IMG/VR virus record: IMGVR_UViG_3300036985_002246
Coordinates: 32,001-96,000 of that record
DNA from: a virus
Length of the DNA: 64,000 nucleotides
Reading direction: 5' to 3' (one strand)
Below the pieces are notes generated by a model, which saw only the letters and a program-made list of their open reading frames with translations, was not told the DNA's origin and searched no databases. The translations under genes and the position numbers were made by a program. Each line of letters opens with the position of its first letter. The first letter of the stretch is position 1. Shown here piece after piece: positions 1-7,980 of the stretch.

Positions 1-612
1 CAGTGCCTCACGCCCCTCCTGACTGAACTGTGGCTTCACACCCAGCGAGGCTTCCCTATCCCTTCTCACCTTCTGTGCCTCTATCATCTTCTGTCTCGTC
101 TCGTCGGACGCCTTGTGCCCTTGGTGCGCGAGGGACAGCTTCTCTCGAAGCGGAGCAGGCATTTTGCGCTCTCTGCTCTGCCATGCTTTCTGGAGCTTCA
201 GACTCACTTCAGGGCGCTTTTTCCCTCGAAGTGGGGCAATTCTCTTTTCCACAACCTCTGTGGATTGCTTCTTCCCCACTTGAGCCATTCTCATGTTCAA
301 TCGGGCCTGGTCTGAGGCAGACCCACCTCCGTCACCACCTCTTTTCAGGTTGTACCCATGTGGCACCAGGGTGCCGAGGGTGGAGATCCATTCCACCTCT
401 TTTCGGTTGAGGTCGTCCTGGTCTACCGCCACGTCTAGGACAGTGACCTCAAAAGACTCAGCCCCATACTTGGCGACGGCTGCTCGAAGCGCAGGGCAAC
501 CACCCTTCCGGTGCTGCCCCCACCTCCGGACCACTTCCTGAACAGTCTGACCCACATAGCCCTTTTGATTCGTGGTGCAGCGGATCAGATAGACGTGGCC
601 GTAGGGGCGCAT
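1..612 (-). CDS. GIY-YIG homing endonuclease with NUMOD3-like repeats (3' end runs off the window)
   Basis: Manual translation from ATG at 612: MRPYGHVYLIRCTTNQKGYVGQT...KYGAESFEV...GYNLKRGG...GKKQSTEVVEK...GHKASDETRQKM. The frame is open to position 1, which probably explains its absence from the ORF track. Confidence 0.85.
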   Translation of the reverse strand, partial: MRPYGHVYLIRCTTNQKGYVGQTVQEVVRRWGQHRKGGCPALRAAVAKYGAESFEVTVLDVAVDQDDLNRKEVEWISTLGTLVPHGYNLKRGGDGGGSASDQARLNMRMAQVGKKQSTEVVEKRIAPLRGKKRPEVSLKLQKAWQSRERKMPAPLREKLSLAHQGHKASDETRQKMIEAQKVRRDREASLGVKPQFSQEGREAL

Positions 613-671
613 GGATCGAGCATAGCACCGCCACAACCATGTCAATGTCCCTGATTGGCAGATCCCAATCG

Positions 672-697
672 TGAAAAGCAGTCCGCCCCACCCGCTT
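672..697 (+). promoter_or_regulatory. Class-1 promoter-like motif GTGAAAA-N15-CGCTT
   Basis: GTGAAAAgcagtccgccccaccCGCTT; matches eight other copies. Confidence 0.5.
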
Positions 698-798
698 AGA
701 GGGTGAGGCGGTTGGAGTGGCAAGAAGAGCCGGAGCGACAGGAAGCCGAGGCCAAGCGCCAGCCGAGGGACCCCAAACAAGGGGACCCTGAGGGCACC

Positions 799-1098
799 CT
801 ACGGGGTGCCCTTTTTCGTGGACCTCTCCAGGTACATATCCCCGAGCCCGTCGAGCCCGTCGAGGACAGCGTTGATGTCCCTCTTGGTGACGCTCGTGGC
901 GTCGTGCAGGAGGACCACCAGCGCCCGGCGATTCATGCCAGAGGCAGTGAACTCCTTGGAGAACTTGTCGATCCGACGCACGGCCTCTGCGAGCTTGCGT
1001 GCGTCCTCCGAGGTGTACTTGGGGTCTTCGTACTTGTCGGCCTTGTCAGTGCTCATGGTGTGGACTCCGTCTGGATTGTGCGGAGGGCTTCCAAGCAA
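799..1098 (-). CDS. hypothetical protein
   Basis: 99-aa ORF continuing the minus-strand operon. Confidence 0.6.
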   Translation of the reverse strand: MLGSPPHNPDGVHTMSTDKADKYEDPKYTSEDARKLAEAVRRIDKFSKEFTASGMNRRALVVLLHDATSVTKRDINAVLDGLDGLGDMYLERSTKKGTP

Positions 1099-1511
1099 TC
1101 CCTCTCGGACTCAAAGCGCCGATCTGCCTTCAGTGAGAAGAACCTCTGCTCAATGGGCTCAGCGACGACCCAAATGTGCCGGAGGCGGCGCACCTTCTCT
1201 CGCCTCAGGGCGAGGGCATACCCGAGTTCGACCCAGGCTCCCTGGGAGGGGTGAATACGGGTTGGGGTGAGCAAGATCAGCAGGTCTGCGCGTGCCACTC
1301 CGACGAGGCACGCCTCTGACTGGTCCTCCAGTTCGGAGGGCGTCGCAGACCTGTGCTCCCCTTCCAGAAGGTCGAACGACTCCCACCAGGGGAAGGTGAC
1401 GACACCTCCGAGGGCTGCCACCTTCGAGGCGAAGAGCCTGCTGCGCTCACGTTCGGAACTGGACCCAGACACGAAGACCTGGAGCGGCTCGCCGGTCGGG
1501 GAGTTCTTCAC
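1053..1511 (-). CDS. nucleoside 2-deoxyribosyltransferase-like protein
   Basis: VFVSGSS...ADLLILLTP...SQGAWVELGYALA matches the NDT-family pattern. Confidence 0.7.
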   Translation of the reverse strand: MKNSPTGEPLQVFVSGSSSERERSRLFASKVAALGGVVTFPWWESFDLLEGEHRSATPSELEDQSEACLVGVARADLLILLTPTRIHPSQGAWVELGYALALRREKVRRLRHIWVVAEPIEQRFFSLKADRRFESERDCLEALRTIQTESTP

Positions 1512-2056
1512 CGGGAGATCCCCTTCTCCAGGGGGCGGGCTGCCGTGACACCAGATTGGTTCTGGTACTTGGAGGCTGACCCGTAGGGGCGCTCGACCGG
1601 ACCTGAGAGCTTCTGGAAGACCACCTGGCAGATTGAGTCCCCTTCGCGGATCTCGACGGGGCCGCCTGCAATGTCGAGTTCGAGGGTGATATTCCCGGCG
1701 AACCCTGGGTCAATGAACCCGGCGGTTGCATGGATCCGCAGACCGACTCGGCCCCAGGACGACCGCCCGTTCACGCACCCGACCAGATCGGGCGGCATGA
1801 CGATCCGCTCTCGGGTGCTGATCAGGTAGAACAGACCTGGGCGAAGAATCCAGGACGGACCTGCAACCTCAGTGAGGTCCGCCTTGCCCGGCCTGAGCCC
1901 GCCCCCACCCACGGGAGGTGCGACCCGACACAGCGGTCCCATGATCGTCAGGTCAACGCTGGCCGGTTGGATCCGACCGTCAGCCCCCAGGGACTCCCAG
2001 TGCTCCGGGAACAGGGTCGGGAGCAGGGACTTGATCTGTGAGTCAGGAAGAATCAT
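1508..2056 (-). CDS. dcd: dCTP deaminase
   Basis: IQPASVDLT, GRSSWGRVGL, AGFIDPGFAGNITLEL, ICQVVF, PYG..SKYQNQ; start trimmed to MILPDSQI. Confidence 0.92.
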   Translation of the reverse strand: MILPDSQIKSLLPTLFPEHWESLGADGRIQPASVDLTIMGPLCRVAPPVGGGGLRPGKADLTEVAGPSWILRPGLFYLISTRERIVMPPDLVGCVNGRSSWGRVGLRIHATAGFIDPGFAGNITLELDIAGGPVEIREGDSICQVVFQKLSGPVERPYGSASKYQNQSGVTAARPLEKGISR

Positions 2057-2142
2057 GGCCGCCCTCAGAACTCGTGGGCCGCTGAAGCACGGTCCAAGTG
2101 CCGACCATACGCCCCACGGGTGCCTGTGCGACCCCTCAACCT

Positions 2143-2697
2143 TCAGGTTGCGACCTCTTCTGAGGGCTGGGTTCGCAGGAGCGGGTAGCCGTTCTGCCAG
2201 TCGTCGAGGAGCGACGACCAAAACTTGGTGCGCAGAGCCCGCGACCAGATCTGATCTCGGGTCGCCACGTTCAACCCGAAGTAGCTGTAGCCGTCGGGGA
2301 TCTCGCCGACGATCCGGGTCTTGAGGATTGGGCCTCGCGGCTTGGCGTCGCGGCGTCGCCAGGTCAAGTCCACGAGGCACTCGCCGTCAAGGACCAGCCA
2401 CCCGTGGTTCACCGGCAGCAGCCCCGTCGTCGCGTACCCCTCGAAGTACTCCAGACGGTGGTCCGTGTCTGAGCGCAGGAGCGTCTCCTGGGAGTTCCCG
2501 TAGCACTGCTGCATTGGGAAGCCGCCCCCGCGAGTGATCACCCGGAGGTACTGGAGTTGCTCCTTCGAGAGCGTGCGGGACTCCATTTCCCGACCGTTCC
2601 TCAGGATGTACTCGTACAGGCTCTTGTAGGCGTACCCAGGCAGGGTGCCTTGGACCCTGCCGACCATTTCTGTCATCACGCTCAGGTACTTGCGCAT
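2143..2697 (-). CDS. conserved phage hypothetical protein, possible transglutaminase/papain-like fold
   Basis: QCYGNS...YFEGYA...PVNHGW...DG..VDLTW (Cys-His-Asp spacing). Confidence 0.5.
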   Translation of the reverse strand: MRKYLSVMTEMVGRVQGTLPGYAYKSLYEYILRNGREMESRTLSKEQLQYLRVITRGGGFPMQQCYGNSQETLLRSDTDHRLEYFEGYATTGLLPVNHGWLVLDGECLVDLTWRRRDAKPRGPILKTRIVGEIPDGYSYFGLNVATRDQIWSRALRTKFWSSLLDDWQNGYPLLRTQPSEEVAT

Positions 2698-2706
2698 TCA
2701 CCCCCT

Positions 2707-2733
2707 AAGCGATTGGGGCCATGGCTTTTACAC
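2707..2733 (-). promoter_or_regulatory. Class-1 promoter-like motif
   Basis: Reverse strand GTGTAAAagccatggccccaatCGCTT, immediately upstream of the 2697 start. Confidence 0.6.
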
Positions 2734-2741
2734 GTTTGAGC

Positions 2742-2936
2742 CTACACGAACCCCTTCTCTCGCTCGACGAGGTGGAGGGCGGCTGCAATGTCCTCTCGGG
2801 CGTAGCTCTGGTCGAGAATGTACATGAGGGAGATCGTGTTGAGGTCTTCGAGCACAGCCGCAGTCCGCATGAAGCGGAGCATTCGCTCGTACCCCTCAGC
2901 GTCCTTGGGCTGGTAGCTGTCCGACTCGACGGTCAC
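2742..2936 (-). CDS. hypothetical protein
   Basis: 64-aa ORF, overlapping start/stop with neighbour. Confidence 0.55.
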   Translation of the reverse strand: MTVESDSYQPKDAEGYERMLRFMRTAAVLEDLNTISLMYILDQSYAREDIAAALHLVEREKGFV

Positions 2937-3313
2937 AGGGCCTCGCTCGCGGGCACGACCTTGAGGTGCGACCAGGACTCGCGGGAGAGCGCCTCTGCTG
3001 CCTTGAGGCCGTTGCCTCGAACAGGGAGGGCGTGGATCTCCCCGCTGTAGTGCTTCGCGGTCAGCTTGGCGATCGTGCTGATCGTCTCAATGAAGACCGT
3101 CGGCGGTGCTTCCCCCGCGTCGGAGGACTCGATCATGGTCCAGGACTTCCGGTCCGCCGAGTCGTGAGCCTTCTCGTCCTCGTGGTAGCGGAACCTGTAC
3201 TTGCAGATCCAGTTTCCGCCCTTGGGCTTGTAGAGGGCGGCGAGCCAATCCACACCCTTCGCGCCGACGAACCAGATCTGCCAGAACGTGGTGGACTCGT
3301 CGAACACGATCAT
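2933..3313 (-). CDS. hypothetical protein
   Basis: MIVFDESTT...; ATGA overlap with the upstream gene. Confidence 0.6.
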   Translation of the reverse strand: MIVFDESTTFWQIWFVGAKGVDWLAALYKPKGGNWICKYRFRYHEDEKAHDSADRKSWTMIESSDAGEAPPTVFIETISTIAKLTAKHYSGEIHALPVRGNGLKAAEALSRESWSHLKVVPASEAL

Positions 3314-3675
3314 GGTGTCTTCTCCCAAATCCAGACGCAGCCCTCAGGCTCCACGACCTTGCGGAACCCGTTCTGCTCGTAGAAGTGTTGCTGCTTCACC
3401 GGGTCGGCTCCGTAGCCCCCAGGCACAACCTTCACGCGGGTGGCCCCCATTTCCACGGCCTTCCCGAGAGCGAGCCGGAGAAGCTCCGAGCCGACGCCCT
3501 TGCCGCGAACCCCCTTCGTGCCCTGCACGAGCGCACGGGACACCCACCAGTCGGTCGGACCTCCGACCATGTCGATACTGACTGTGCCCCGGTCAGAGCG
3601 AGCCTCCCCGTGCCACGAGGCAGAGCAGGACTGCCCGCTTCCGACCACGAGAACATTGCCAGGGGGGAGGGTCAC
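3310..3675 (-). CDS. GNAT family acetyltransferase
   Basis: VRGKGVGSELL (acetyl-CoA motif A) and FYEQNGF; GTG start overlaps the upstream stop. Confidence 0.8.
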   Translation of the reverse strand: MTLPPGNVLVVGSGQSCSASWHGEARSDRGTVSIDMVGGPTDWWVSRALVQGTKGVRGKGVGSELLRLALGKAVEMGATRVKVVPGGYGADPVKQQHFYEQNGFRKVVEPEGCVWIWEKTP

Positions 3676-3866
3676 TTGAGCTTCTCCAATCGCTTGACGA
3701 CACGCCTCAGCACTTGATCCAGGGCGATATGCTCTTCGACGTTGTCGTCCTTGGGGTCGATCCCTTCGGCAATGATTCCGAAGTGGCCAGGGTCGAGGTC
3801 TCCCCAATCGTCCCGGTCGAACTCCTCAAAGAGGATCTTGGCGAGCGTCTTGGAAGTGAGAGTCAT
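3672..3866 (-). CDS. hypothetical protein
   Basis: MTLTSKTLAK...; coupled overlaps. Confidence 0.55.
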   Translation of the reverse strand: MTLTSKTLAKILFEEFDRDDWGDLDPGHFGIIAEGIDPKDDNVEEHIALDQVLRRVVKRLEKLK

Positions 3867-4390
3867 GGCGTCTGGCCCCAGGGCCAATCACGCGGCCCGA
3901 GCGGGTCGTGCGTCCCGTCGTCGTTGAACTTCGGCACGACGTGGTAGTACATTTTCCCGTTGCTCTGATCGAGCAACTTGCGGGCGCTCTTGTTGTTCTT
4001 GACGCGGCATTCCTCGTAGAGCCGGTCGAAGTTCGCACCGAGTGACTTTCGAGCAGAGGCGAGCGCCTTCCGGTACTGGAGCTTCGCTCGGTCCACGTCG
4101 TTCGTCGTGCCTGGGTAGAGGCGCGCACCGTCCTCGATCCTGAGGACGTGCTCTGCGGCCTTGTAAACCGTGAACGCGACCAGCGACTCCGCGAAGCCCG
4201 GAGGTCCCATAGCCGCAGCCATTCCCGGATTCGAGAACAGCCCAGCGATCATGTCGCGGGCACGGTCCTCCTGCGCGTAGGCGCAGTCTTGGATCGTCTT
4301 TGCCACGAGGTCCATGCTGGCGTTGACGACCACCGGGGCCGGGGTCTGCTTCGCTCGGGGCTTACGGGTGGTTTTGGTCTTGGGTGTCAT
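3863..4390 (-). CDS. hypothetical protein
   Basis: 175-aa ORF in the operon. Confidence 0.6.
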   Translation of the reverse strand: MTPKTKTTRKPRAKQTPAPVVVNASMDLVAKTIQDCAYAQEDRARDMIAGLFSNPGMAAAMGPPGFAESLVAFTVYKAAEHVLRIEDGARLYPGTTNDVDRAKLQYRKALASARKSLGANFDRLYEECRVKNNKSARKLLDQSNGKMYYHVVPKFNDDGTHDPLGPRDWPWGQTP

Positions 4391-4587
4391 GCGCTCTCCA
4401 GTGTCTTTCGTGACTCTTCGGCAAGTCTCTCAGCTTCGTAGTAGGCGTCCCGGCAAGGATCCCCACTACAGAACACGAGCCCACTCGTCGTGTAGAACGT
4501 CCTGCTGAGGGCCTTCCCGCATTGGGGGCAGTGGCTACAGGGCTTTTTCTCGTTGGCGTCAGACGCTGACTTCGCCTTGGTGGTCAC
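4387..4587 (-). CDS. small Cys-rich (Zn-binding) hypothetical protein
   Basis: CSHCPQC...FCSGDPC. Confidence 0.55.
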   Translation of the reverse strand: MTTKAKSASDANEKKPCSHCPQCGKALSRTFYTTSGLVFCSGDPCRDAYYEAERLAEESRKTLESA

Positions 4588-4790
4588 CGGAGTCGTCCTC
4601 GCATGAGGTCCTGCTGTCCCTGCCGCTTCGCAGCAGTGATTGCCGAGTCGAGGTAGAGCACGAGTTGCTGAAGCTCTCGGGCGAGGACTGGGGAGATCTC
4701 CCCGCTCTGGGCGAGCCGCTCAAGCTCAGGGAGCCTCCGGTTCACGGAGCGTCCGATCTGGGCGACTGCTCTGATTGCGTCTTGGCTCAT
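4584..4790 (-). CDS. hypothetical protein
   Basis: 68-aa ORF, coupled overlap. Confidence 0.55.
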   Translation of the reverse strand: MSQDAIRAVAQIGRSVNRRLPELERLAQSGEISPVLARELQQLVLYLDSAITAAKRQGQQDLMRGRLR

Positions 4791-4810
4791 TCGGTGTCCC
4801 TCTCACTCTG

Positions 4811-4840
4811 GAAGCGGTCGGGGAGCCGCCCTTTACACGA
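4811..4840 (-). promoter_or_regulatory. Class-1 promoter-like motif
   Basis: Reverse strand GTGTAAA-15 nt-CGCTT upstream of the 4790 start; ends approximate. Confidence 0.55.
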
Positions 4841-4848
4841 TTCGTCGG

Positions 4849-5352
4849 CTACTCTTTCGAGATTCCCGAGTCGGAGCCAGAGTGCATTTCCAGAATGTCT
4901 GCACCAGCGAACTGGAGCGACACGCGGGGTGTCCCCTCGACCTCCCGCACGGCAGTGAGGACCGCCGACTGCTCCTTCGTGGAGAGCTTGTGAATGCGGG
5001 CAGAGGCCGTGGGTCGGCACTTGTAGGTGACCACTTCCTCGAACATGGAAGAGAACACCGCAGGTCCAAGCTCCCGCTTCAAGGCAGCCATGTTGGTGCC
5101 CTTGAGGATCTGGAGGGAGGCTTCGGGGACAGTCACCAATGCGCGGGTCATGCCCGTGCCCTCAATCGTGGTGGCCCCAGCCTCCCCGTTGAGCTTGCGC
5201 TTGGCCTCAGCCCTGAGGTCCGCCTTGAGGAACTCAAGGGCCGCGTTGGCGTGATTGATCTGGTCCCAGAGACGGGCTCCCGCAGCGACCCGAACCTCCA
5301 GGGGAAGGTTCGGGTCCTTGGCGGTGATCAGGTCGCGAACGGCCCGATCCAT
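4849..5352 (-). CDS. hypothetical protein
   Basis: MDRAVRDLITAK..., 167 aa. Confidence 0.6.
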   Translation of the reverse strand: MDRAVRDLITAKDPNLPLEVRVAAGARLWDQINHANAALEFLKADLRAEAKRKLNGEAGATTIEGTGMTRALVTVPEASLQILKGTNMAALKRELGPAVFSSMFEEVVTYKCRPTASARIHKLSTKEQSAVLTAVREVEGTPRVSLQFAGADILEMHSGSDSGISKE

Positions 5353-5356
5353 GGGG

Positions 5357-6457
5357 TCACGCGCTCGCCCTGTAGGAGGCGGCACTCACGACGCCCTCAC
5401 CGGGGACATAGAAGCACTCGTCGCCCGCCTTGATTGCGTTCCCGGACCGGACGCAGATCCCGTCGAAGCCAGCCTTCATGGGCTTGCCCGTGGTCGGGGT
5501 CGCGTTCACGCGGGTGTTGTTTGGGGTCGGACCCATTGCCGTCGCCGTCGCCGTGTGCATTTGCGCCGTCCGCTTCGAGACCTCAGCCTCACGGAGCTTG
5601 AGGGCGAGGGACGAGAGCGCACCGGCCTGAGCCGAGCGGCAGTACCCGGAGAGCGCGCACGAGTCACACGCCTGGGACTTCGGAGCCCACGTCCCGTAGC
5701 AGGGCGTGTTGAAGGCGACGAGCCCACGGAGGTACGGGTCCTTGACCCACTCGGGGGTCTCCGCCGTGTCCGAGACCTCGACCACCTTGAGGCGCGGCTT
5801 GCCGTTCGTCTTCGGACCACTCCCCTCCACGAGGCGCTCTGCGATCTGCTCGGGAGTCTCGGGGACCGCGACCGGGGCTGCCACCACCTCGGGGACAGGC
5901 TCGGGGACAGGCTCTGGAGTCACGACCGCCGCAGGGGGCGGCTCGGGGGTCACCGGAGCAGCGACGGGGGTCGGCTCGACCGCAGGCGGCTCGACCGCCG
6001 CAGGGGGCGGCTCGACGGGGGCCACAGCCTTCGGTGCCTTGGCGGGCTTGGGCTCCTTCGGTGCCTTGGCGGGCTTGGGCTCCTTGGCAGGCTTCGGCTC
6101 CTTCGGCTCCTTGGCTTCCGGGGCGGGCATTTTCGGCATGGCACTTCGCCCCTCTGCCACCTCGACGCCGACCGCCGTGAGCTTCCACGTCCGACCCTCG
6201 GAGGTCAGGCAGCCGCGTCCACGGAGGCTGAACCCGGCGTTGCTGAACGTGACGAACACGAGAGGCCGTCCGTCGGGCTTCGCTCCCATGCAGTCGGTCG
6301 TGAGACCCATTGCCGTGAGCACCAGGGTCGTGATCTGCGAGTAGGGGTGCGCCTGGGTCGCGCCCATGCTCAGCATGGTCTTGAGGATCGGAAGGAGCAG
6401 GTCACCCTGTGAGAGCTTGGTCGGTGTCGTCGGGGTCGTCATGTCTATCGTCTCCAA
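5357..6457 (-). CDS. hypothetical protein with possible N-terminal winged-helix, Pro/Ala/Lys-rich linker and Cys-rich C-terminal part
   Basis: LLLPILKTMLSMG...WKLTAVGVE; EPKPAK repeats; C-x8-CDSC-x5-C cluster. Confidence 0.6.
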   Translation of the reverse strand: METIDMTTPTTPTKLSQGDLLLPILKTMLSMGATQAHPYSQITTLVLTAMGLTTDCMGAKPDGRPLVFVTFSNAGFSLRGRGCLTSEGRTWKLTAVGVEVAEGRSAMPKMPAPEAKEPKEPKPAKEPKPAKAPKEPKPAKAPKAVAPVEPPPAAVEPPAVEPTPVAAPVTPEPPPAAVVTPEPVPEPVPEVVAAPVAVPETPEQIAERLVEGSGPKTNGKPRLKVVEVSDTAETPEWVKDPYLRGLVAFNTPCYGTWAPKSQACDSCALSGYCRSAQAGALSSLALKLREAEVSKRTAQMHTATATAMGPTPNNTRVNATPTTGKPMKAGFDGICVRSGNAIKAGDECFYVPGEGVVSAASYRASA

Positions 6458-6462
6458 ATCTG

Positions 6463-6489
6463 AAGCGGTCGGGGGTTGTGTGAATTCAC
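6463..6489 (-). promoter_or_regulatory. Class-1 promoter-like motif (variant GTGAATT)
   Basis: Reverse strand GTGAATTcacacaacccccgacCGCTT upstream of 6457. Confidence 0.5.
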
Positions 6490-6505
6490 GATTCGTGTTC
6501 GCGAC

Positions 6506-7735
6506 TCACCAGTCAATGAGCGCGGAGTCAGTGTCGATATGGGAGGTGCTGCCCTCGTTGACCATGCCGCCCTTGATATGCGGGTCCATGATCCGCTTGA
6601 CGCCCTCGCGGGTGTCTGCGTCGGGGAGTCCGTCGAGGACGACGCGGGCCGCACGCTTGAGGAGCACCGCGAGGGCGATCTTGCCGGGCAGGATCTCCAG
6701 GAGATCCTCTGCCGCACCCGCCCAAGAGCAGACCGTGCGGTGCGACCACTCGCAGTAGACCTCTTCCTTCTCGGTGGCCTCGCGGACGGCGTGCGTTGCC
6801 CGCATCATTGACGAGATCGCGTCCGGCATACGCCCCGCGAGCAGCGGGAACTTCGCACGAACGACCGGCTCTTCGTCCTTCGGGTCCATTGCGTGGAACC
6901 GCACCTTCCGCTCGAAGCGGTCGAGGATCGAAGCGTCGATCGGGTTGGCCGAGATACACCGGCCCGTGGTGTCGCCCGCACCGGACGAGTTCGCCGTAGC
7001 GACGATCGTGGTGCCGGGGAGCACCGAGTAGATCTCACCCGTGGGGCCAGAGATACGACCCTGGATCGAGTCGAGGATCTGACGGAGTTCCTCGGCCTGC
7101 TGCCGGGTCGCCCGGTCGAAGTCCGACAGGACGATCAGGTACGGCACTCGCCGCCCGTCCGACGTGAGGTAGCCGTCACGGAGAGCCTTCAGGAGGACGC
7201 CTTCCTCCCACTTCGTCCCCTGGGCGTCGAACGACCGGGTGAACTTCCAAGAGGTAATGTCCGCGCCCTGGACGACCGTGAACAGCAGGCTCGGGCGGCG
7301 GGTCATGGCACAGAGGGCCGAGAGGACCGCGTCCTTGCCGGTGCCGGGTGCTCCCCACACCCAGACCGAGCGGCACCGCTTGACGGCCACCACCACGTCC
7401 TGAACGTCGCGGGAGAGCTTGCCGCTGGCAGGCACCGCGTAGTGGGTCGGCATGGGCAGGCACGCCGACGCCGGGACCGACGGGTCCACGGGGAACGAGA
7501 CGCCTGCGAAGTTGATCGCGACCCCGCTCGCCTCAGCCGCCTTGCGGCGACGCTTGGCCGTGCCCTCGTAGGCCGCGACCAACTCCGACGAGCACGTCTC
7601 CGCACCAGGGTGCTTGGAGAGGTACGCCTCGACCGTCAGGTCGTGCGCCTCAGCCAGGTGGTCGCCGAGCCAGTGGTGGTCGGTGGAGCAGAGGCGGCAC
7701 GTTGCGAGGCCGGTCTTGTGGGCGATCATGAGCAT
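6506..7735 (-). CDS. MoxR/CobS/CbbQ-like AAA+ ATPase with N-terminal C2H2-like Zn finger
   Basis: Walker A GAPGTGKD, LSDFD (Walker B-like), VATAN, DASILDRF; N-terminal CRLC...HLAEAH. Confidence 0.85.
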   Translation of the reverse strand: MLMIAHKTGLATCRLCSTDHHWLGDHLAEAHDLTVEAYLSKHPGAETCSSELVAAYEGTAKRRRKAAEASGVAINFAGVSFPVDPSVPASACLPMPTHYAVPASGKLSRDVQDVVVAVKRCRSVWVWGAPGTGKDAVLSALCAMTRRPSLLFTVVQGADITSWKFTRSFDAQGTKWEEGVLLKALRDGYLTSDGRRVPYLIVLSDFDRATRQQAEELRQILDSIQGRISGPTGEIYSVLPGTTIVATANSSGAGDTTGRCISANPIDASILDRFERKVRFHAMDPKDEEPVVRAKFPLLAGRMPDAISSMMRATHAVREATEKEEVYCEWSHRTVCSWAGAAEDLLEILPGKIALAVLLKRAARVVLDGLPDADTREGVKRIMDPHIKGGMVNEGSTSHIDTDSALIDW

Positions 7736-7807
7736 CTGCGTCTCCCTTGGGGCACACCCTCTCGGGCTGGCCCTCCGTTCGTCGGGGATTGTCCCCTTAC
7801 ACCTCGG

Positions 7808-7834
7808 AAGCGATCGGGGAGGTTACCTTTTCAC
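7808..7834 (-). promoter_or_regulatory. Class-1 promoter-like motif (drives AAA gene)
   Basis: Reverse strand GTGAAAAggtaacctccccgatCGCTT. Confidence 0.6.
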
Positions 7835-7931
7835 GTTCCGCTCAATCTTTTTTTCAAGTGCTCGGAATCATTGGGGTATTACAGACACCCCTGCGACGCA
7901 TAGAAAGGACTGCCGAAAGATTCGACGAATC

Positions 7932-7958
7932 GTGAAAAGCGGTCCGGGCCGAACGCTT
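7932..7958 (+). promoter_or_regulatory. Class-1 promoter-like motif (drives VWA gene)
   Basis: GTGAAAAgcggtccgggccgaaCGCTT, then RBS GGAGACGAGC-ATG. Confidence 0.6.
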
Positions 7959-7980
7959 GAGGGGTGTAAGGGAGACGAGC

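Noticed and set aside
505-530. Apparent frameshift in the GIY-YIG gene at a C run
   Set aside because: Recounting gives five Cs, so the frame is intact through to position 1.
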